Below, piece after piece: positions 25,932 to 39,166 of a stretch of 64,000 nt of DNA. The notes below the pieces were generated by a model. The model saw only the letters and a list, made by a program, of their open reading frames with translations, was not told where the DNA came from and searched no databases. Position 1 is the stretch's first letter. Each line of letters begins with the position of its first letter. The position numbers and the translations under genes are program-made. The stretch spans positions 54,994,001 to 55,058,000 of the forward strand of contig NC_042997.1 of NCBI RefSeq assembly GCF_006345805.1. The letters run 5' to 3'. Source of the stretch: Octopus sinensis. Taxonomy: Eukaryota.

Positions 25932-26114
25932 ACATATAACATACAGAAAATTGCACTACTAGGCACTGCACACATCCTACGCAGAACACTTTCAATACAG
26001 TAACCATCAGAGCATCACAACAAATCACAGCACATACCCAAGGCACACAGAGCTGCGCTCGGTAGTGAAGTGAAAGCACGTTATAAAAATAACTACTGAA
26101 TGATAATAATAATA
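25932..26114 (+). mobile_element. 3' terminus of an R4/Dong-type LINE with (AAT)n tail
   Basis: NIQKIALLGTAHILRRTLSIQ* (typical end of R4-clade ORFs) followed by a short 3' UTR and (AAT)n. Confidence 0.8.
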
Positions 26115-26115
26115 A

Positions 26116-26671
26116 ATGCCCTGATGCAGTACCAGGCCTGTGGCTCTCATGGCTTCTGATCTTAACTGATTGGAAGTGTTATCATGTACATTGTTTTGTC
26201 TTGGTATAAAAGATGGGCTACAGCAAATATTCTGCTCAATACTACAGATTTGCTTGTCAGTTGTTTGACCTTAACCAGTTGAACATGTCCTTTAGTGGCT
26301 GACGATATGTGCATCTCTGATCACGAGCAGAAGTAGTGGGGGAGCATCATAGCCATGTGTTGAGAGGGATTCTTTGAGGTTTGGATAATTCACCTTTGGA
26401 AACACGGGTGGTTCGTTTAACATCCTTAAACAACCCTTATTCAGGGACCTTTTAAGCGGGATGGGCTACTCGACCAGAAGAAATTCTAACTGGGCCTCAC
26501 CTGCAAGGTCCTGTGCTGTTTATCTTGATATGAGATCACCATGTTGCGCACATATGGTTGTGATGCATATGCCTGGTGTACTCTTATCAGACGGATAGTC
26601 ATGATGAGTATACTAGGCTTCGTATATTTTACCCCAGTGTCACTTTGATGGCATGCACTGCTCTCTCACTC
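26116..26671. mobile_element. About 556-bp non-coding repeat inserted in (AAT)n, copy 1
   Basis: Highly similar, with the same boundaries, to 53517-54056; AAT/AAC arrays on both sides. Confidence 0.85.
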
Positions 26672-26722
26672 AACAACAACAACAACAACAACAAAAACAA
26701 CAACAACAACAACAACAATAAT

Positions 26723-26771
<49 letters not shown>

Positions 26772-27232
26772 GTATATCGTCCAATAAATTGTGCATTTAT
26801 ATATTTTTCTTTCATGAGCTGCACAGTGATTATAATCTTCCTATAGGAAGTTGAAATAGGGCTGGGTATTTTATTTGCCGAAGTGTTACTACGAGGGAAG
26901 GCTACTGCCAGTGAATATCAAATTATTTTTTTACCTTTACTCATACAAGTTACTTAAAAAAAGCAAAAACAAAACGAAACAAAACAATCAAATCTGAAGT
27001 GATATCTTCGTTTTGTTCATACTAGTTTCCGCAATTTAACATCTAACTTATCAGCTATCTGTAATAAAGCAGAACCAGCGAGTTAAAATGCATTTTATAA
27101 GAGGAAATCATCCTCTGACCTACTTTATGATTTCGTGGAAGGTATTTGACGAATATCTTTCTTTACAGTTATTAAGGTTGTTATCATCGTTGATATTGTT
27201 GTTTCAAGTAGCTTGATTAGTTGAACTTAACT

Positions 27233-27555
27233 GGTACTTCGTCGGTTACTACGACGAGTGTTCTAGTTGATCCGTTCAACGGAGCAACCTGCTCACGCAA
27301 TTAACGCGCAAGTGGCTGAGCACTCCACAGACACGCAAACCTTTAACGTAGTTCTCAGAGCGATTCAGCATGACACAGAATATAACAATGTTGGCCTTTT
27401 GAAATACAGGTACTACTCATTTTTGCCAGCTGAGTGAACTGATGCAACGAGAAATAAAGCGTCTTGCTCAAGAGACACAACACGTTGCCTTGAATCGAAA
27501 TCAGGACCTTACGATCGTGAACTGAATACGTTAACCGCAAAGCTACACGTCTTCA
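27233..27555 (-). mobile_element. tRNA-derived SINE related to family A
   Basis: Reverse complement shares GTCTGTGGAGTGCTCAGCCACTT...CGTCGT..GTAACCGACG with 1086-1180. Confidence 0.8.
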
Positions 27556-28319
27556 TGACTTTCGATTGGACATCTTGATTTACTGTAGGCATACTTTCCA
27601 TAAAATTTAGGAAAAAAACTTAGAACTTAAACATACAATCTCCATTTAAATGTCAATACAGTGAATTTTTTGACTGAATCTTGACTGCAAAATGGTCCTT
27701 TGAGCGGCTATGTAGGAACCACCTAACTGAGTGGAGATTTTCAATTTCCAATTAATTTTCATCTGTGTTTTGTACTCCAGTCTGGAATGAATGATTTCCT
27801 CAAAATTATTCATTTATTTACAAATGAAAGAGCACATTCAACCTGGCTTTTCTCAAGTAATGTTCTATGACTGTATTTTTACACAGAAATATATTCTAAT
27901 ATAGCTCGTGGCCTAGTGCTTAAGTGTTGGCCTCATGATCGCTAGGTCATGGGTTCATTTACCGGCCCAGACATCCCATTGTTTTCTTCCATGCAGTAGA
28001 AAATGAGTTAGCATTCCGACGGACGAGCGCTCAGTTCAGGAAGGGGCCTTTTACTCACAATCGCCTAAACACTCTAGACATTAGGATAAACTCCGACCAC
28101 TTTAAGCCAGTAAGCTTAAAGCATACTATCACACTCAATTCATCCATCTTGTCTCATCCTTAGTCTTGCTAGAACTCACAAGATAAAGACACAAAATATA
28201 TCGTGTGAGGAGATTGCCGATCAGTATTTAATTCTGTAACAAATTGTTCTGAATTTTACTTTGCCTTTCATCATTTCCACAATTTATAGTTTACTAAGAA
28301 CGAACTTGTTTTTCTGGAC

Positions 28320-29750
28320 TATGAAAAAAGATCTTGTTCCTACTTGAAACACTGTATAAAGCAGTTAATTCTATTCAATAGTGGAAGGAAAATATTGAAA
28401 ATGTTATCAAAATGGTAAGAAATTATTTAAAATTTATTTCTTTAGAATCTTCAGAATAATATGAAATATAAATGATAAAGATTGATTGAAATAGAACCAG
28501 TGATCTAAGACTAGGATTAAACTTTAGAAAACCAGACGTTACAGAAGGCAATTTGCCAAGTAGAAACAGGATAAACAATTAGTGAAATATATATGATAAG
28601 TCAACTTGAACATATAAACAATCAATAAGCCAAGAATTATAATGCACTATCTCTCAACCTGCATTAAGATAACAATTAGTGAGCTGACTATTGATTTCTA
28701 ATTTTGGCAAAAACTCTAAATTTGAAACGGTGTTGGGAATAGGGTGAATGAATCAACACGATTGCTTGACTAATATTCATTTTTGTCGTCTGCTGCTGAA
28801 CAAAAAAGCATTGACAAACCAACGAAAAACCTGCTAAAAATCTCTGCCTCCACCCTGATGATTTAGAAGAGGAAACGAACATTGGTTAATGTGGTTTTAG
28901 ATATACTATGTACGAAAAAATAAAAAGAGGATAGCTGTGACTGAAAAAACTTCTGAAGTTAAGTCTGCCAGATTAGAACTGAAAAGGGTCAAACAACAAC
29001 AAAAATATTACTTTTCTACAACATTTGAACCAAGGACATAGAGCGATAGAACTAAAGACTGTACATTATAGAATCCAGTAGTTTCTATCAATTTCACTTC
29101 TTTTCTTCATGGTACGTGTTTATAGCCAAGGTAAACTGAGGAGGTTGAAAAATTAAATGCTTTGGTCGTAGGGACATGGCAGCTACAGTGACATAACATG
29201 AAACGAGAAAACTTCAGTCTTTCAACCTTATTAACTCAGCTCGCTGTGGATCAGTTAGTAGCTGTAGTATATCAATACGAGAGCAATCTGCCGGACGCAT
29301 ATGGCGCTTAAGATTAATATGTGATCAAGCAAAAGCAGATATGAACTTATTCTTTTCACGTATTTCATAGAAGGTGCTGTCAATTTTTAAATTTATGGTC
29401 TATGCGGAAGTATTTAAAAAACATTTTGGTCAATTTTTATGTTACTCAGAAAAAAACAACAACCTATTTGATCAACTGTCTTGTATTTTAAAAACCGCCC
29501 CTATACAAAATGGAATATCCTTGGGTTCTGCACTCAATGGATCTGCATGTCATTTATACGTTACTCGTACTCATTGTCATATATCTAGCTTAGAATATCT
29601 CCATTCAAAAGTCACGACTGTTTGGACTATCCGCCATTTTTTGTTTATAAATTCCTTGTATTGTAATAGAAAGTTACTATTGACGGATATGGTAAAACAT
29701 ATTGAAGAATATAACCCATTTGAGAATTTTACAAATAATTCTACCTAATT
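28320..29750 (+). pseudogene. Possible fossil superfamily-2 helicase (A18/UvsW/XPB-like)
   Basis: Motif-like words in SF2 order across frameshifts: LVPT (28333) / Q*WKENIE (28376), KILLF (about 29000), FLHG (about 29102), LVVGTW (about 29162), EQSAGRIWR (29281-29307). Walker A and DExH not found. Confidence 0.35.
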
Positions 29751-31999
29751 TGTATAGTTGCTTTTTGGATATATAATCAGCCAATTTACTTGTTTACTTC
29801 AATAGTGAATTGGTTTTGTTGTAAACGATACTGCTTCGCATAACCAGCACAACTAAGTTTTACCCGTGTATTTCTACTTGAGATATTTTATAAGCAAATA
29901 CTAATTAGCTGAACTTAATATCTACACCTGCGAATTTAGATTTTGTTGAAAACTGTATTGTAAAGAGTGTTAATGCAAAACATTACACATTTGATTTGCT
30001 TATGAACTGAAAAACGTGTGAGAAGTGCCATACCTAATGTGTTTTCTTTTTCTTATTTGGTTAATTTATGGACAAGATTTTAAAATCATGCAAGGGTTAA
30101 AAACAAACAAACAAACAAACGAAACAAAGCAATTCCTTTAGACAAAATTATATTCCATAACGCGATGTAAATACTTTTACATCGCAGTAGATTCAGAGCA
30201 CCTTGTTCAGTATATATTGTTATTTTTTAAAACTAAGTGACAGCTTTTGCCATGAGCTTTAATATGCAATCAGCTTTACGTGTATTTCATGTATTTAACA
30301 TATTAAGCATATGTTTTTGGTGTGCTATACATATTATTAGTGTAATAAATATAAATAAGCTACGAAGCAAAACTATGATAAATATTTAGTGAACAATGTA
30401 TTTGACAGCATAGGATATGCTTTGGAATTGTAATAGCAGGGAAATGGCAAGTTGTAAACTTTATATATCTCAAAGGGATCTAGATCAATGACTTAAGCCA
30501 AATAAATTCGGTCGGAATTCGAAATCGGATCACGGATTTAGTTCGTTGAGAATTCATTGCTTTAAGCGGCAACATATAAGAATTATAACCAAATATAATT
30601 TAGAACCATCAGCTTACTTTTTGAGGCACCTGTACTAGTATTTATTGGTACTTATTTGTGGCTGAATGACAGGAAGAATGAGATGCTGTGGTACTCATGC
30701 TTTTTTCAAAGGCGTTGACTGTACCAAGTAAAACTACTTTAAATACAAATTAAAACCACTATGGTGTTGGTTCTATAGAAATTTATGACTTTCTCTATCA
30801 TGCTTCATAACACATCACATTCAATCTAGGATTGAAACTGCGGCGCGGGCTCACCCTTAGGAGAGCCTACCTCTTGATTTGTGGCGTCCGTCAGCCAATA
30901 AATCAAAATATGATAACCAAGTAAACAAAATATTATAATATAAAAATAAATAAATCTAAATTTTGATGGCAAGTGAACAAGAAAAGCATTTTAAACAATA
31001 TCGACTTCTTGCATGGTCTGAAGACAATCGGGAATACTAGAACAGTGTATAAAAGCATGTAGTGAAAATCCATCTGAAACTTGACGAGAGAATTCTATTG
31101 ATAACGTAAAGGTTACATGCCTCGAGGTTTCAAGAATATATAAAGAAATTATTGAATTATTGAAAATCCCCGCTCTTGAGTTTGGAAGTTGAGAAGAATC
31201 CAAAGTTCTTTTAGCTTTTATCATACTTCTTCGGAGTAGAGTTGTCTGGAGTCTGACAAGCTCTGTAGAGTTAGAGATACAATTCTGGCGGATCGAGTTT
31301 CAATTTCTACTTGAAGCTATTCTGCGCAAGTTACTTCGCAAAAGTGTAATAGTAAGAATTCCCATTTTCCTTCTCTATAAATTCATTATATAAACTATCA
31401 TCGCCGAAAACTAGGTATTCGGATTATATATGCCGAACTTACCTGAAAAAAGTCTTTTTCTGCACTCTTTTAAATGCAATTCTCGTTGGATACATGCAGA
31501 ATTTGCTTTTTCTCTAAATATGTAGATTTTGTGAAAAAATCCTCAAGCGTCTGAACTAAACTACAACTGAAAACAATGCCAGGGTTATTTGATGACCCAT
31601 TTATATGAAATGAATTTGAACTTATCTACACTACATGAAAGGGGCAAATAAAGTCACTGGTGATAAAAAACAAAACAAAAAGAAAAAAATTGCATTGAAT
31701 GAATGCTGTACCAAATGTGAAAGAAATCCCCGCAAGCTCTAAATCCCGTCACTGATTTTCTTGACCTTTCTGCATTTTCTAATGGGCTATGCAGTCAATA
31801 GCTAGAAGTACATTTTTATTGTTTAGTCAAAAACAAGAAGGATAATGCCTATAAACTTTTTGCAGAGCCTCCCTATACTGAGGAGGGTAGGTGGAGCTAA
31901 ACGGTTGTTGTTAAACAGTTCCAAATCAGTCACGATTGGTCAGTACGATGGATGCAAGCAGTCGGTCGAAAGACGAGAAATGCTCCATAAATGCACATT

Positions 32000-32600
32000 C
32001 CTAGTTATATTATATATTTTGAGAACTATAATTCTCATAGCGATATGCTGCAGTGATTCTTACTGGGTGCAGTGTTGAAGTTTGTACATAATGCATTCTC
32101 TTGGTCATCCTGTTTACTTTTACTCGGTCGAATATTCTGGTGATAGCCATAACGGAGGAAGGCAAGGTGAAATTCGTATCCTGATAGCGGCTGCTCTCGG
32201 CACTTATTGTCGGTGGTGGAAATCCAAGTGCACTTCAGTGATGTTGCAGCTATTTCTGTGTATATGCATTGTCTTAGTGTCATATTTATATAGTTTATTT
32301 GTCTGTGTGTGTGGTGAGTTTGTGTAAGTTTTTTTGCACTGTGAAGGAAGATAATAGTATTTTTTGCTTTAATGTTGATGTTATCAGTATTCTTATTCTT
32401 GTGAAGTGTACTTTTCTTGACTTTTGTAAATATTATAGTTTCGTGGACTTTTTATGTATATTTTTCAGTGTGTATTTTAAAGATTATATACAGAAAAACA
32501 AACTTACCTTTATTGTGGGTTTAGTGCTATCGTCCTCCGATTACGCATGTATTCTCCGATGACGAAGACGTTGGCGCTGAGGGAAATTTTTTATGCGAGT
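32000..32600 (-). mobile_element. Possible 5' fragment of a Penelope-like element
   Basis: YEFHLAFLRYGYHQNIRPS resembles the HxxFLxxCxxxxIxPxG N-terminal motif of PLE ORFs; GTGCTATCGTCC at about 32524 also occurs on the minus strand near 43525. Weak. Confidence 0.3.
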
Positions 32601-33449
32601 TGAGGGGTTATCATTTAACTGGTACACTTCCGAGATCATTCGTTTTCTTTAGAAAACAGAATTCAGATGTTGTTGTATCTCGGGAGGGTGATTTTGCCAA
32701 TACAAATACAATTGCCATCCCAAGGTACAACACTTGTTTCAGTATACAATTTCACATCAAGTATCTTGTAAGACAAAAAAGGAACATAAAACAAAACAAA
32801 ACTAAGAAGAAAAAAAAACGAGAATTCGTTATACTTATTTTCGTTAATATTTAACATAACACACTGTTTAAGATAAGTGGCTATAAACCTTAAATCATAA
32901 AGTACTCATAAGCGACTGAGTCGATATTATACGTTATCAGACTACAAAGTGATGCATTGTGTTTATGTCTAAATAAAACCAATTCTTGCTAGCTAAGTCC
33001 ACTCAACTTATCAGGGATGGAAACTATATTCTTTACCGCACAGTAGAGAGTTCAGTATAATATGCCGATATATGAGGGAAGAGTTCACAGCGTAGCTTTT
33101 TCTAAATTTAGTCCTTATCACGCCAAGAAAAGGAAAAAAAGATGACAGAGAAAAGGTACTCTGCGTGGTTTCTACATCTACTAGAAACATCATCCAAAAC
33201 TTCTTAAGATTATACCCTACCATCTTAACGTATCTAAGTCATAGATATTAGCCTTAGATACACTGCATTAAATAAACACGGGATGATAATTGCTGAAGTA
33301 TTTAGATTTGCTTATTCAGAGAATATCTAGGGCCAAACAACATTTCTTTACGTTTTGAAAGACACAAAGTTAACAGTTTTTAAATCAAAGTAACAGGATG
33401 AGCAGTTACTAAATGAAATCAGTAATATATTTCAATTAAATATATAGTA

Positions 33450-34640
33450 GCTTCAGTTAGTTTATAACGTTACAAATCTGTAGGGTAACACCGCTATAAC
33501 ACTAGGACTTGGTGTCTATGTTAAGTAGATTTCTGAAAATTAATAAAAATTAGATTATTTATCATATTGAGTTTTATATAATTCTGAGAAATTTTTTTCG
33601 CACACCATTTAGTACGTCATTCTTAACTTATTCAAATTCATGTAATTAACCTATTCAACTTATATCCATTAGCGCCTTTTATACTGGCCAAAAATGACTC
33701 GGAACTATTTTTCTGTGTCAACTGATCAAGCTTAAGTAGACTATACTATGTTGAAGAGGTTTTAATAGAGCAAAACACGTCCATAGTTGTCTTTTACTAC
33801 AAATAGTTATCACACATTTTCTTAATGTAAAGTAAAATATTAATTGTTTATTTCTTAACGTTTTCTTTGAGAGCCTCTCACAATTGCCACAAGGCTTGAG
33901 TTTTCTTATTACAGCTTAAGAAAGAAATTTCCATTAATTAATATTTTTTAAACATGTGGTGATCTATGGAATTTATGGTGGCTGATTTTGAATTTTCTTA
34001 TTTCGGAATAGAACTTCATTTTCTTTGTAATAATGAATTCTTAATCTTCCATCCCTTAAATGTCGACTTTAAATTTCATTTCACGAGAGGGCTAGTAAGA
34101 TACGTGAGATACTGTATCAGATCTACTTTGACTTTATATTCACTGCATTAAAGTCCTCATCCCCAAATAAAGTAATTAGTTATAAGACTACCGAACTAAA
34201 ATTTTCAAGGATATCACCAGAGTCGTTCCTCTTCAAAGGCCCCCAATAAACTGAATTTCAGACCATTATTTATTAATGTATCTCTTGCACTTCTGATTAG
34301 TTCCACGTCTTTTTTCTTTGGCTTTTAGAAATATAAATTCCAAGTTTATTTACAATTTATTGTTATTCGTAATTTCTTGTGCAATCTTCTTTATATCTCT
34401 TGTGAGTTATCCGACATATTTTCCGTTTCTTAATTTTTGTTATTGCGCTTTTAGTTTTGCTGATTATTTTTTATATTTACTTTATTTGTTGTCTCTTGTT
34501 GATTAACTGTGTAGACTTACGATTAAGTAACTGTAAGATATCAAAATGCCTACATGAAAGAAGAATATATCAGTGTCTTCTTTTCTATAGCAGTGTATTT
34601 TGCTTTCATGTCGGCATTTTTGACACCTACTGTTACTTAA
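33450..34640 (-). pseudogene. Possible highly decayed Gypsy pol (RNase H and integrase)
   Basis: KYTAIEKKTL...F*YL...VYT (RNase H YSxIEKE-like), KPCGNCERLSK (integrase CxxC), GANG (SDNG-like) in the expected order; many stops. Confidence 0.3.
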
Positions 34641-35896
34641 TGGTAGGTTTAGGTACATAAGCTTTTTATGTAAGTAACTGTCCACCCAGTTCACGTAGAG
34701 TCTTTGACATTTATATATCCTACATAATGTTCTTTGGTTTAACTTCTCCGAGATTTACTTTGCTATAATTTATTTCTGGTGACTTGTGTCTGTGATAACG
34801 TCAAGAATGATTTATATACCCAAACGCTAGAATATATTCAATATTGATTTTAATTCATTCTTTTATGTCTGTACCTGAATATTGGTAATAAATTTTGTTT
34901 TACTTCTCATATACCTATTACGTTTTGTCATCGTTGTCATTAGTTACGTTTTAGCGATTAGTTTCACTTACCCTCAAAACTCGTGGACATCATGAAAGAT
35001 AACATAAAGTTAAGAACGGTACAGTATTTTTGAGACCCCTCTTTAGCTGTAATTGTAACTGTGCTAATGCATTAATGGTTATTTTAGCATACTCGTGTCA
35101 TTGTCTTTTGTAAATAATGTTTGTTGAAGCTAATAGTTGCTGACTCAGTTTATCACTTACTTCTAGTCATGCAACCTACCAGAAAAAGTTACAAGAAGTT
35201 TCACCACACAAATTTGTTGCATGAACTGTAAAATCTATTTTTGATTAAATAAAATGCTTCTGTTAATCTGATCTCAGATTTTCGGGAATTTATGAGTGAT
35301 TTACACGAGATAACCATACAATAATTTGTTACTAGATACATTTTAAAAAAGTAAATCTTTCAAACACATATCTATACTGCAACGGTCGAGTTCCTCAGCA
35401 GAGACGTTAAATACGTCAACACAGAATGCCTGCTAAACTTTTAGAAACTATAAATGAAACCTAATCAAATTTACTGCTTACATCTCTGAGACAGATACAC
35501 TCAGCATACATATATTATATAACGCATTCAAGTAAAAGTTTCCTCTCACAAATTCAAAACAAAATCGTAAGGGAACAGGCCATCCTTCAACCACTATGAA
35601 GAGATCTTTTTTTCTCGTTATAAACACTGGTTCGTTACTCGCCGCTTCGTTAATGATAAAAGAGAAAACTTTAAATTTAAATTGCTCATCCATTTAAAAT
35701 ACTATCTTTAATATAGAAAAATATATATATCAAGCACTTTTTAATTGGGTAACTTATTGAAACTTAGGTTGTCTTTCTCTACGAAGGCATAATAAATAAT
35801 CCTTTAATAGCGTTTAACTAAAAGCGTTTATTCATAAATACTACATTTAATTTTCTGCACACTCAGTATATACATTCTGCAATTTTTACATTTACT

Positions 35897-36900
35897 TAGA
35901 AGACTTCTCCAAGAACAACATTCTTGGTCAGTGTTCTGTATTCATACTTACGATGTACCTTTCTACCTGACTGTGGAAGATAGCAACATATAATTGACTA
36001 GAATCGGAAGATGCAACTTGAATCACTTTAAACATTGTCTTTAATTAACTCTTGTTTAACGACATAAGAGCAGGTTTTATAGGAAGTTGCAATCTTTTTA
36101 GAGCGAATGGTAAATCGGAGTCAGATGGTTGAAGAGAAATTCAGGTAATCATTGGCATCCTTCCAGCATTAATGCCACTAAGTTTGCTAGTGGTCTGGGA
36201 ATTGTCAGTAGCATTGAGAACCATGTATCAAGTGCCACTGCAATGACCATATCTCTGGTTTAAGTTTCGGAGAAGGATTACTGGAACTCTTATCTTAATT
36301 TTGATCATGTGGGAAGGTAGACCACTTATATTTAGTATATTTAAAAGTTCTGTCTGATAAAGAAATACTTGATTTTCTTCTACCACCAAGGTTCTGATTC
36401 ATTATATAATCAGACTTACAGAAAGTTTATTTATAATTTCGTCGCTGGTGATCAATGATATCATTTTTGTTGTTAGAATAACTCTTGGAGACACCTATTG
36501 TTCATTTTCATTGCGTGTGACTAGATGGGCTTAAATAAATTGATTTAAAAAGGCATCTGAGAAAAGTGTGTCAATATTAACAATATTTGGAATGTTTCCT
36601 TCTCCCAGCTCCAACAGCCGGTTTGCACAGTGGTTTAGCTGCTTAAATGCAATAAAATCATTGTTGTCCAAACAATTGAGAACTCTCATATTGTTTAGAT
36701 ATGCAAAACTTTGCGCTGACTCCAAATGGAAATCCTTTCCAAGAATCAATTATCAAACATCGCTGACCTCTACAGACTACTGAGAAAATTTGCCGAAATT
36801 CGTCGCAGTGGACTAATAATTTCTCTCCAAGATGTTGCACATTGTTAATTTTATTTTGAAACGTGCGACTTAAAGCTTCGAGAAATGCTTTAAACTATAA
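35897..36900 (-). pseudogene. Helitron RepHel Pif1-helicase remnant
   Basis: EALSRT...GEKLLVHCDEFRQIFSVVCRG; NNMRV; YQTELLNILNISGLPSH.IKIKIRVPVILLRNLNQRYGHCSGT; PSDSDLPFALKRLQLPI...SLNKS; SQLYVA; TKNVVLGEVF*. Confidence 0.9.
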
Positions 36901-38694
36901 TTAACAAATATATTTGAATAAGAAAGAATTTTTTTGGTTTCATAAACATGACAAAATTATTTTCCCTGTTATTTCATTATATACCAATCGAATGCAAATT
37001 ATTCATAATGAGTTAAATAATACTCGCACTTTTTATTGTCAAAGTTCTGGTTTCATCAACGTATGTCTTTCTGGAAGATTCGAAGGAGTTTTGGCTGCTA
37101 TTTCAGTTAGTTCGAGTAACCAGATAGAAGCTGTCATATTTGTGAATAAGTGTTTCTATTATTTGCGGCAGACGTTGAATGCCAAAGGAATTTTTTGAAA
37201 TAATAATTTTGTCCAAAATATTATCGTAGTGATTGTTATATTTCGGGGACGATCATTTTGTCAATATACACACGCTCTATTCATTTGATCTTCACTTTAG
37301 CTTTATCAATATTACTAGTTTACTTGTTAGAGTTCTTTCCTCACTCATTCTGTGACCTCTTCAATGACTATCTGTTTCCGTGTCCCCTCTTTGATTTTGT
37401 CCTGTTTATTCTATCTTGTTTAACGTAACATTTCAGGGACATATCTTGAACCAAACTTCCTTATACATAAATAAAGTAGTAAATGATAAATAAAATAGTA
37501 AATGATAAATTTTAATGAATTATTTTCTCTTAAAAATTTCACAATTTTTGTATATTTAAGTGAAAAATGTATTTGTTACAAGCAAAAGAATTTTCTGTTT
37601 TACTAACGAAAGAGATACGTAAAATTGTTTAACAGCCTAAATAATTAGTAGTTTCAAATAGCTGAAGGAACAGCATTCAATAACTCAAAATACGATTGCA
37701 GAAGAATTAACTGTATCATAGACTGAAGTCTTTAGTAAATCTGTAGCGGCTTTTATTACCTTTCTCTTTCATTGTCCAGGTTCCCTCGTCTTCACATTTT
37801 CCTTTCGTCATACAGTTTATTGTTCTATTTGAGAGTGAAATATTCCCGGTCATATTCATTGTTGGTAAGACGCGATGAAAAAATAAACTTGGCCGACAGT
37901 AAAACGAAATCTTATTTTTCCTTACGTTGCATACATGAATATTCAATGAATATATTGAATCTATTCACTGATTTTATTTCATTTATAATGATGACGAATT
38001 GGCAGAGCCTTTGGATCGTCGGACAGATGCCATATAATATTTGTTCCAATTCTCGGCATTCTGAGGTCAAATTCCACGAGTTCACTGTTTTTCATCGGGC
38101 TCGATTAAAAAGTATCAATACAGAGCTGTGGACTAAAAGAACGACAAACCATATATCTCATGGTTTTTGTTCAGTCTTTGTTTGCTTTCTGAGTTCAAAT
38201 TCCGGCATTGCCTACTTTGATAGTAGGCTTAATACGTCTCCCCGTCTAACAAAACCATCTGGTATTATGGGTATTTCAATCCCACCTGATTAAAATATGA
38301 ACGATTACATTTGGCACTTGTTATATTATAGCAGATATGATATGCATTGACTATATGGCAACCCCACTAACAACCATCTTTTAGGAAGAAATCTTAAAAT
38401 ACATTGAGAAATGCCTTTATGTGTAACACATCATATATTTGGCGATACACAAACAAATATCCACGTGTGCGAACGCTTACTACCATATATATTCACACAA
38501 GTTTCTCTTTATTTTTTTCTCTGCATTTTTTCTCTTCCTAGTTTTCGTATTTATGCATTTTACATAAACGCGTTCATATGAAGAAGTAAAACATACATAT
38601 ATGTACACGTGCATGAATGCATATACACATACACACACATAGACGCAAATACATATATACATTCGTTCTTATATTTTTATGTATGTATATATAA

Positions 38695-39100
38695 GCGCAG
38701 GAGTGACGGTGTGGTAAGTAGCTTGCTTACCAACCACATGGTTCCGGATTCATTCCCACTGCGTGGTATCTTGAGCAAGTGTCTTCTACTATAGCCTCGG
38801 GCCGACCAAAGCCTTGTGAGCGGATTTGGTAGACGGAAACTGAAAGAAGCCCGTCGTATATATGTATATATATATGCATGCGTGTGTATATGTTTGTGTG
38901 TATATGTTTGTCCCCCAACGGCGCTTGACAACCGATGCTGGTGTGTTTACGTCCCCGTAACTTAGCGGTTCGGCAAAAGAGACTGATAGAATAAGTACAA
39001 TGCTTCCAAAGAATAAGTCCTGGGGTTGATTTGCTCAACTAAAGGCGGTGCTCTAGCATGACTGCGGGCAAATGACTGAAACAAGTAAAAGAGTAAAAGA
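38695..39100 (+). mobile_element. SINE C, full length
   Basis: Head GCGCAGGAGTGACGGTGTGGTAAG, core, internal microsatellite, (GTAAAAGA)n tail. Confidence 0.9.
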
Positions 39101-39112
39101 AATATAATGTAT

Positions 39113-39166
<54 letters not shown>

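Noticed and set aside
28850-28880. CTGATGA...GAAAC hammerhead-like words (similar at 16145-16195)
   Set aside because: No base-paired stem II or stem I could be built.
29374-29500. Resemblance of KF..KKHFGQFL...NNNL to the MCM2 C-terminus
   Set aside because: Only a few scattered identities and no upstream MCM motifs.
30826-30865. Possible Helitron 3' end (GC-rich stretch before CTAG on the minus strand)
   Set aside because: Hairpin is incomplete and CTAG is not followed by T.
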